Origin: an uncultured Planctomycetaceae bacterium
GTDB lineage: Bacteria > Planctomycetota > PLA2
Length of the DNA: 64,000 bases
Direction: 5' to 3'
Assembly: GCA_964570285.1 (NCBI GenBank)
Contig: CAZMXP010000028.1
Span: forward strand, 74-64,073
A model generated the notes under the pieces. It was not told the DNA's origin. It saw nothing but the letters and a program-made list of their open reading frames with translations, and searched no databases. Position numbers and translations under genes: made by a program. Positions 58,175 to 64,000 of the stretch are shown piece by piece. How positions within the stretch are numbered: the first letter of the stretch is position 1; every line of letters begins with the position of its first letter.

Positions 58175-60313
58175 CTACGCCCCCCACCCCAGCGCGAGGC
58201 CGCCCTGGTAGACGAGGAGGCTCCCGACATAGGCGAGCACGGTCATGTATCCGAACATGAAGAGCGGCCAGCGCCAACTGTTGGTTTCGCGCTTGACGAC
58301 GGCGAGGGTGGACATGCACTGGCAGGCGAGCACGAAGAAGACCATCAGCGAGACCGCGTTGAGCCAGGAGAAGCGCGGCCGGCCGTCCGGCCCCCGCGCC
58401 CCCCTGAGCTTCTCCCGCAGGGCGGGCGACTCCTCGTCGGCGTCGCCCACGCTGTAGACGATGCCGAGCGTCGAGACGAGCACCTCGCGGGCGGCGAAGC
58501 TCGCGATGACGCCGACGCCGAGCTTCCAGTCGAAGCCGAGCGGCTCGATGGCCGGCTCGATGAAGCGGCCGAGCCGCCCCGCGAAGCTCTGCGCGATCTG
58601 CTCGCCCGCCTGCCAGTGTTCGACCTCCTCCGCCGCCTCGCCGGCCGCGACCCGCCGCTGCGCCTCGGACGCGATCGCGCCGCTGCGCGGGAAGTAGGCG
58701 AGCACCCAGAGCACCACCGAGATCGCGAGGATGATCGTGCCCGCCTGCGTGACGAAGACGCGCGCCCGCTGGAAGACCGTCGCGAGCACGTGGCGCCACG
58801 CGGGCAGCTTGTAGGAGGGCAGTTCGAGGATGAAGGTGCTCGCCTCGCCCCGGAAGAGCGTGCGCCGAAGCACCCACGCCGCGAGCAGCGCCACCGAGAC
58901 CGACAGCGCGTACATCGCCAGCAGCGTCGTGCCCTGCCACGCCTCGGGGATGAACGCCGCGATCATCAGCGCGTAGACCGGCAGCCGCGCGCTGCACGAC
59001 ATCAGCGGCGCGACGAGGATCGTCACGAACCGGTCGCGCCGGCTCTCGATCGTGCGCGTCGCCATGATGCCCGGGATCGCGCACGCGAACGACGACATCA
59101 GCGGGATGAAGGCCTTGCCGTGCAGCCCGACGCCGCGCATCAGGCGGTCGACGAGGAACGCCGCGCGCGCGAGGTAGCCGACGTCGTCGAGCAGCGTCAG
59201 GAAGAGGAAGAGCAGGCAGATCTGCGGCAGGAAGATGACGACGTTCCCGACGCCCGCGATCACGCCGTCGACAAGCAGGTCCGCCAGCATGCCGTCGCCG
59301 AGCAGCCCTCGCACCTGCGCGCCCACCCAGCCGGTGGCCGCCTCGATCGCGTCCATGAAGGGCGTCGCCCACGCGTAGACCGCCTGGAAGAGGACGCCCA
59401 TGACGATCAGGTAGAGCAGCGGGCCGAGCACGCGGTGGGTCATCACGCGGTCGATGCGCTCGGAGGGGGAGGGGCCCGGGGAGGGGGAGAGTTCGCGCGC
59501 GCCGCGGGAGATGTCGTTGCAGAGCGCGTAGCGGCACTCCGCCTCGAGCGCGGTGCGGTCGATGCCGGCGAGGCGGAGCGCCTCGCGCGCCCGGTCGAGG
59601 GCCCGCCGCAGCGGTTCGCCCCCGCGGTTCAGGAAGGGGTCGTCGTCGCGGCCGTTGGAGATGAGCCTGAGCGCCTCGCCCTCGTCCGCCTCGCGCGGCA
59701 CGATCGCCGCGGTGGAGACGGCTTCGCGCAGGCCCTTCAGCGCGTCCTCGCCCGCCGCGGGCATGCACCAGATGCGCCCGGGCGCCCGGGCGCGGCCGAT
59801 CGCCTCGCGCAGCGCCGCGACATTGCGGCCCGTCCGGGCGACGACCGGCACCACCGGCACGCCGAGCGCGCGCTCCAGCGCCTCGGCCGAGACCGGCACG
59901 CGCGAGCGCTCCGCGACATCGACCATGTTCAGCGCGACGACGAGCGGCAACCCGGTCTCCATCAACTGCGTCGCGAAGTAGAGGTTGCGCTCGAGGTTGG
60001 TCGCGTCCACGACGGCGAGCACGACATCGGGGCGCGCGCTGCCGGGCACGAGGCCGAGCAGCACGTTGCGCGCGATGCGCTCGTCCTCGGAGCGGGCGTA
60101 GAGGCTGTAGCAGCCCGGCAGGTCGACGAGGATCGCCTCGCGCCCCCCCGGCAGCGCCATCCGGCCCTCGACGCGTTCGACGGTGACGCCGGGGTAGTTG
60201 CCGACGCGGCGGCGCAGTCCCGTCAGCGCGTTGAAGAGCGTCGTCTTGCCGCTGTTCGGGTTGCCCGCGAGCGCGACCGTGAGCGACCCGCGAGCCGTCT
60301 CAGGCGGGCTCGA
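58175..60313 (-). CDS. feoB: Ferrous iron transporter FeoB (probable TTG start overlapping the feoA end)
   Basis: N-terminal G-domain (VALAGNPNSGKTTLFN, DLPG, NMVD) and a C-terminal polytopic membrane domain with FeoB gate motifs. Confidence 0.85.
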   Translation of the reverse strand, partial: SSPPETARGSLTVALAGNPNSGKTTLFNALTGLRRRVGNYPGVTVERVEGRMALPGGREAILVDLPGCYSLYARSEDERIARNVLLGLVPGSARPDVVLAVVDATNLERNLYFATQLMETGLPLVVALNMVDVAERSRVPVSAEALERALGVPVVPVVARTGRNVAALREAIGRARAPGRIWCMPAAGEDALKGLREAVSTAAIVPREADEGEALRLISNGRDDDPFLNRGGEPLRRALDRAREALRLAGIDRTALEAECRYALCNDISRGARELSPSPGPSPSERIDRVMTHRVLGPLLYLIVMGVLFQAVYAWATPFMDAIEAATGWVGAQVRGLLGDGMLADLLVDGVIAGVGNVVIFLPQICLLFLFLTLLDDVGYLARAAFLVDRLMRGVGLHGKAFIPLMSSFACAIPGIMATRTIESRRDRFVTILVAPLMSCSARLPVYALMIAAFIPEAWQGTTLLAMYALSVSVALLAAWVLRRTLFRGEASTFILELPSYKLPAWRHVLATVFQRARVFVTQAGTIILAISVVLWVLAYFPRSGAIASEAQRRVAAGEAAEEVEHWQAGEQIAQSFAGRLGRFIEPAIEPLGFDWKLGVGVIASFAAREVLVSTLGIVYSVGDADEESPALREKLRGARGPDGRPRFSWLNAVSLMVFFVLACQCMSTLAVVKRETNSWRWPLFMFGYMTVLAYVGSLLVYQGGLALGWGA

Positions 60314-60581
60314 CAAGGATCGTGCGCGCCTCGGATCGCCGCAGGGAGACGTGGTAGCCGTGCAGTTCCACCTGCATCGGATCCCCGAAGGGTGCGAGGC
60401 GGACGACGCGCACGACGGTGCCGGAGACAAAGCCCATCTCGAGCAGGCGACCCCGGACCGGCCCCTCGCCGGCAATGGCCTTCACGCGCGCACAGGCTCC
60501 CGGCAGCGTGCGGTCGAGCGTGCCGACGGCGACCGCCCCATCCCGGATGAGGGCCCCCTCGGGGAGTCGGATCTGGATCAT
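60300..60581 (-). CDS. feoA: Ferrous iron transport protein FeoA
   Basis: 93-aa SH3-like FeoA (LLEMGFVSGTVVRVVR...). Confidence 0.8.
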   Translation of the reverse strand: MIQIRLPEGALIRDGAVAVGTLDRTLPGACARVKAIAGEGPVRGRLLEMGFVSGTVVRVVRLAPFGDPMQVELHGYHVSLRRSEARTILVEPA

Positions 60582-60614
60582 CGCCGTCCTCTGCTCTCGA
60601 CCGCCGTCTTGAGA

Positions 60615-60631
60615 TTGAGACTGAGTCTCAA
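60615..60631. promoter_or_regulatory. 17-bp perfect palindrome TTGAGACTGAGTCTCAA, a candidate operator upstream of feoAB
   Basis: Perfect dyad 34 nt upstream of the feoA start. A near-identical dyad lies at 62256..62270. Confidence 0.55.
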
Positions 60632-60690
60632 GAAAGCATAGGCCACACCGCGCGCCGGCGCAAGAGGCGGCCTTGTCGGCGCCGCCGCCG

Positions 60691-60951
60691 TCATCGGCGC
60701 GCCCTCGCGGTGAGGTAGTCCTCGACCAGGGCCTGCTCGGAAGCCGAGAGGCGCGCGCGACGCCCGTACTTGCGCACGTAGAAGGGCCACTCCTCCGCGT
60801 CGTACGAGGAGGGCATGAAGAGAGCGTGGCAGCGCTGGCAGGAGGTCTCGTAGAGCGCGCGGCCGTCGCGCGGGCCCGCGTCGCCCTCCGGGGCGCCGCC
60901 GGTCGTGGCGCACGCGGCCGCGAGCAGGAGGATCAGAAGAAGCTTGCCCAC
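60691..60951 (-). CDS. Small lipoprotein monoheme c-type cytochrome (GTG start overlapping the upstream OMP gene by 19 nt)
   Basis: Lipobox LLLAAAC and a CxxCH motif (SCQRCH), 86 aa. Confidence 0.5.
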   Translation of the reverse strand: MGKLLLILLLAAACATTGGAPEGDAGPRDGRALYETSCQRCHALFMPSSYDAEEWPFYVRKYGRRARLSASEQALVEDYLTARARR

Positions 60952-62231
60952 GAGATCGTGAAGATGTCGGCCGCGCCGCCGCCAAAGCCGGCCTGCTTGC
61001 TGTCGACGAAGGTGTAGTCGATCTTGAAGACCGTGCGCTCGACGGGGCGGAAGTTGAAGCCGATCGAGATGGAGTCGAGGTCGTCCCGGAACGTGCTTCC
61101 CGACGTCAGGTGGTTGAGGTCGATCCCCTCGATGCGCACGACGAAGGTGAAGGTGCTCTCGTCGGTGAAGAGGCTGTGGGAGCCGCGCCAGGCGTCGGGG
61201 AAAAGGTGGTAGGCGAGTTCCACGTACCAGCCGTCCATGCGCCGGGGCTCCGACGCCGCCGCAACGGAGGGCTGCTCGATGCGGAGGTTCATGTACTCCC
61301 CGCGGAACTCGAACTTCCCCTCCTTGAGGAAGAGATCGAGCCCGTAGCCGTAGTTCGCGAACATGCCCGCGTCGTCGTGCTTGCCGTGCGTGAGGGAGAC
61401 GCCGACTTCGAGCGCGTCGAGCGCGCGCAGCGGCACGGCGAGGACGAACCGCCCGAAGACCTGCTTGTTGTTGTTGTTGTCCGAGCGGAAACTCTGCCGG
61501 CTGTCGCGCACGCCGCCGTTGGTCGAGAAGCCGTCGTCGAACCCCTGCACCAGCGCGAGGTCGTAGTCGAGGAACCAGCCGGCCACCGGTTCGAGCGTGC
61601 CGTCGATGGCGACGCCGGGCTGGTCGAACGCGACGGCGCCGACGCGCTGCGACACGAGCGGCCGGTCGGTCAGGTCGTTCAGCGGATCGTCGTGGACCGA
61701 GTTGAACCGGCCCCACGGCACGAGGATCAGCCCCGCGCGGAAGTTGAGCTTGCCTTCGACGATCTCGAAGCTGAGCTCGGCGTACTCGACGAGCACCTCG
61801 TTCCCGTCGAGGAAGTCCACGTCCGCCCCGCCCCCCTCGATCTCGATCTCGGTCTCGAAGGTGATGCCCGGCGCGACGTCGGCCTGGATCTTCGGCACGA
61901 GACGGTGCTGGTCGAACTCCATCGTCGAGGCGTCGCCGTCGTCGCGGAACTCGAGCGAGAAGTAGCCGCCCACGCGCACGCGGCCTCCGAAGAGCGCGCC
62001 GGCGCCCTTCGAGGTGGGCCGCTCCGGCTCGGCCTCCGTCGCGTCAAGGTAGGCCTGGATCTCGCTTTCGAGCGCCGCACGGTTCTGTCCCCGGAGCCCC
62101 TGGACCTCGCCCCGGAGCTGCTCGATCAGTTCGCCCTGCTTCCGCACCGTCTCCTTGAGCCCTTCGAGCGACTCTCCTGCGACGGCGAAGGCGGCCAGCG
62201 CCATGACCATAGTGATCGTTCGTTCCATCAT
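60933..62231 (-). CDS. Outer-membrane beta-barrel porin-like protein with an N-terminal coiled coil (OprO/P-like)
   Basis: Signal peptide, a coiled-coil segment (LEGLKETVRKQGELIEQLRGEVQGLRG), beta-strand alternation and a C-terminal ...SWASFF. Confidence 0.7.
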   Translation of the reverse strand: MMERTITMVMALAAFAVAGESLEGLKETVRKQGELIEQLRGEVQGLRGQNRAALESEIQAYLDATEAEPERPTSKGAGALFGGRVRVGGYFSLEFRDDGDASTMEFDQHRLVPKIQADVAPGITFETEIEIEGGGADVDFLDGNEVLVEYAELSFEIVEGKLNFRAGLILVPWGRFNSVHDDPLNDLTDRPLVSQRVGAVAFDQPGVAIDGTLEPVAGWFLDYDLALVQGFDDGFSTNGGVRDSRQSFRSDNNNNKQVFGRFVLAVPLRALDALEVGVSLTHGKHDDAGMFANYGYGLDLFLKEGKFEFRGEYMNLRIEQPSVAAASEPRRMDGWYVELAYHLFPDAWRGSHSLFTDESTFTFVVRIEGIDLNHLTSGSTFRDDLDSISIGFNFRPVERTVFKIDYTFVDSKQAGFGGGAADIFTISWASFF

Positions 62232-62255
62232 CGTCGGCAGGGGTTATACTGAAAC

Positions 62256-62270
62256 TGAGACTCAGTCTCA
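62256..62270. promoter_or_regulatory. 15-bp palindrome TGAGACTCAGTCTCA followed by AGAAA, a candidate operator upstream of the OMP/cytochrome operon
   Basis: Same half-sites as 60615..60631. Lies 25-40 nt upstream of the OMP start and about 100 nt upstream of the divergent ferritin-like gene. Confidence 0.55.
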
Positions 62271-62366
62271 AGAAAAAGAGCCGGACGGGGGGCGGGGGGG
62301 CCGACGCGCACCGGGTGCCGTCCTTGACACCCCCCCCCAAACCCCTAGTTTGTGGGTTTCGCGGCC

Positions 62367-63101
62367 ATGACCCAGAGCAAATCGATCCGGACCCGGGGGG
62401 AGATGACCCCGGAGTACCGCGCCCTGCTCGCGGCGATGATCCGCAGCCAGGCCTACCGCGAGCTTGCGGCGGCCACGGTCTTCGCGGAGGCGCTCGTGCT
62501 GGTGCCGACCGTCGCCTTCAAGAAGAAGGTCGTCCACCACGTCGAGGAGGAGATGGAGCACTTCGAGGACTGCTGCCGGGTCTACGGGCTGCTCGACGAG
62601 GGCGATCTCGACGCGATCTGCACGACGCGGCTGCGCGAGGAGCGCCCCATCCCCCGGATCGACTCCTTCCTCGACCTCGGCGTCGCGCAGTTCCTCTACG
62701 ACCGGGCGTCGGGGTATCAGCTCCGCGAGTACGAGAACAGCTCCTTCGACCCCTACTGCCGCATCATCGGGAAGATCCTCGAGGAGGAGGAGGGGCACGA
62801 GAGCTTCGGCGCCGAGGTGATGATCGAGCACTGCCGCGACCCGAAGCGGCGGCCGGAGGCGCAGCGTTCGTTCGAGAAGTGGCTTGCGGTCTCGCTCAAG
62901 TCCTTCGGGCGCCCGTCGAGCGCGAAGAACCGCGACGCGATCTCGGCGGGGCTGAAGACCCGCGGCTCCGCGGCCGTCGCGCAGGACTATCTCGACTCGC
63001 TGAAGACGGTGATGCGGCTCTGCGGCCTCGTGTTCCCGAGCCGGGAGCGGCTCGGCGAGGCCGGCGTCGAGACCGCGCCCGACGTGGACCTCTCGTTGTG
63101 A
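62367..63101 (+). CDS. Ferritin-like diiron-carboxylate protein (PaaA/PaaC-like four-helix bundle)
   Basis: Two ExxH pairs (EEEMEH and EEEEGH) plus additional E residues spaced as in diiron oxygenases. Confidence 0.55.
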   Translation: MTQSKSIRTRGEMTPEYRALLAAMIRSQAYRELAAATVFAEALVLVPTVAFKKKVVHHVEEEMEHFEDCCRVYGLLDEGDLDAICTTRLREERPIPRIDSFLDLGVAQFLYDRASGYQLREYENSSFDPYCRIIGKILEEEEGHESFGAEVMIEHCRDPKRRPEAQRSFEKWLAVSLKSFGRPSSAKNRDAISAGLKTRGSAAVAQDYLDSLKTVMRLCGLVFPSRERLGEAGVETAPDVDLSL

Positions 63102-64000
63102 AGACCGCGGCGGCGCCTTCGCTGCTCTTCACGCCCCTCCGCATCGGCCGCCTCGAACTCCCCAACCGGATCGTGCTCCCCGCGATGGTGACGCGCCTCT
63201 CCGGCGAGGACGGGTTCGTCAACCGCGCGATCCGCGACCGGTACGTGCGGCACGCCCGGGGCGAGCCCGGCCTGATGGTGCTCGAGGCGATGGGCGTGCA
63301 TGCGGCGAAGAGCGGTCCGCTGCTGCGCGCGAGTGGCGACGAGTACGTGCCGGCGCTGTCCGACCTGCTCGCGGCCTGCCGCGCCGTCTCCCCCACGCGC
63401 CTCGCCGCGCAGATCATCCACTTCCTGAAGATCAGCCGCAGCGGCTGGCGCCAGACCGTGATGGACCTCGATCGCGAGGCGATCGCGAGGATCGTCGAGG
63501 ACTATGGCGATGCCGCCGCGCGCATCCGCGACGCGGGATTCGACGCGGTCGAACTGCACATGGCGCACGCCTACACGCTCTCGTCCTTCCTTTCGCGCAG
63601 GAACCTCCGCCGCGACGAGTTCGGCGGTCGCGCGCTGGAGAACCGGCTGCGCGTCCCCTCGATGGCGCTCGAGCGCGTGCGCGAGCGCGTCGGCGCGGAC
63701 TTCCCGGTCGGCATCCGCTACGACGGCGAGGAGGCCATCAAGGACGGCTACAGCGTCGCCGACGCGACCTCGATCGCGGTGCGCTTCGCGCGGCTCGGCG
63801 CCGACTACCTGTCGATCTCCGCCGGCGGGAAGTTCGAGGACGCGATCCACGTGAAGGGGGAGCCGCTCTACCCCTACACCGGCTACAGCGGCGACCGCTG
63901 CATGCCGAGCGCGAACTACCCCGACGGCCTCAACGTCTACCTCGCCGAGGGCATCCGCGCCGGGCTCCGCGCGCGCGGCCTCGCGACCCCGGTCGTCACG
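63098..64000 (+). CDS. Old-Yellow-Enzyme-family NADH:flavin oxidoreductase (partial, runs off the right edge)
   Basis: GTG start overlapping the previous stop (GTGA). Translation FTPLRIGRLELPNRIVLPAMVTR...HMAHAYTLSSFLS... matches the OYE TIM-barrel. No stop before the window end. Confidence 0.7.
   Translation, partial: MKTAAAPSLLFTPLRIGRLELPNRIVLPAMVTRLSGEDGFVNRAIRDRYVRHARGEPGLMVLEAMGVHAAKSGPLLRASGDEYVPALSDLLAACRAVSPTRLAAQIIHFLKISRSGWRQTVMDLDREAIARIVEDYGDAAARIRDAGFDAVELHMAHAYTLSSFLSRRNLRRDEFGGRALENRLRVPSMALERVRERVGADFPVGIRYDGEEAIKDGYSVADATSIAVRFARLGADYLSISAGGKFEDAIHVKGEPLYPYTGYSGDRCMPSANYPDGLNVYLAEGIRAGLRARGLATPVVT

Noticed and set aside
57918-59768. ORF 57918..59768 (minus, 616 aa) overlapping feoB in another frame, and 5557..7077 / 7848..9437 / 44804..47821 style long GC-rich ORFs
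   Set aside because: Arg/Gly/Pro-rich, no motifs, and overlapped by well-supported genes on the same or opposite strand (feoB, the HEAT gene, the porin, the AAA+ fusion).
60615-60631. Annotating the feoAB-upstream palindrome as a canonical Fur box
   Set aside because: The sequence TTGAGACTGAGTCTCAA does not match the GATAATGATAATCATTATC consensus. It is kept as an unassigned operator candidate.

Overview
High-GC (about 70%) bacterial chromosomal segment. This is judged from the sequence alone and no taxon is assigned; PEP-CTERM, rhomboid, Ser/Thr kinase and an 11-subunit complex I are consistent with a Myxococcota-, Acidobacteria- or Gemmatimonadota-like genome. Gene calls use the supplied ORF track, with starts re-set by codon counting from the ORF ends, and family recognition is from the translations. 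Gene content, left to right: a complete SUF Fe-S assembly operon (sufB partial, sufC, sufD, sufS, sufU, DUF59/sufT-like); a SIS-domain isomerase; a HEAT-repeat protein; a roughly 350-bp intergenic repeat family with nested inverted repeats (three copies plus satellite motifs); an OprO/P-type porin; pcm. Next is an 11-gene NADH dehydrogenase operon, nuoA, B, C, D, H, I, J, K, L, M, N, with no nuoE, F or G and one extra small gene after nuoN. Divergent from it is an orphan nuoB paralog. Then come a DnaQ-like exonuclease, a Uma2 endonuclease, an IscA/NifS-like pair and a PEP-CTERM protein. Two tandem thioredoxin-fold genes each carry a conserved in-frame TGA in a UxxC context, followed by a conserved hairpin at +18 to +34 nt; these are read here as selenoproteins with bSECIS elements. 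Further right are a rhomboid protease, an archaemetzincin, a Ser/Thr kinase-TPR protein, a fused E1 alpha/beta TPP dehydrogenase, an FHA-GAF-PP2C phosphatase, a PDZ protein, a MEMO1-like protein, a prenyltransferase-repeat membrane protein and lpxA. A large protein fuses a HEAT domain, a ClpA-like double AAA+ and a C-terminal release-factor-2-like domain that lacks GGQ and SPF. The window ends with an AAA/DUF4143 ATPase, an aldolase/SDR fusion, an IS5/IS1182-type transposase remnant, a sigma-region-4-like membrane protein, CxxCH proteins, a large secreted HEAT protein, feoAB, an OMP plus cytochrome c lipoprotein pair sharing a palindromic operator with feoAB, a ferritin-like diiron protein and a partial OYE flavin reductase. 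Many long ORFs in the track are GC-driven frame artefacts.
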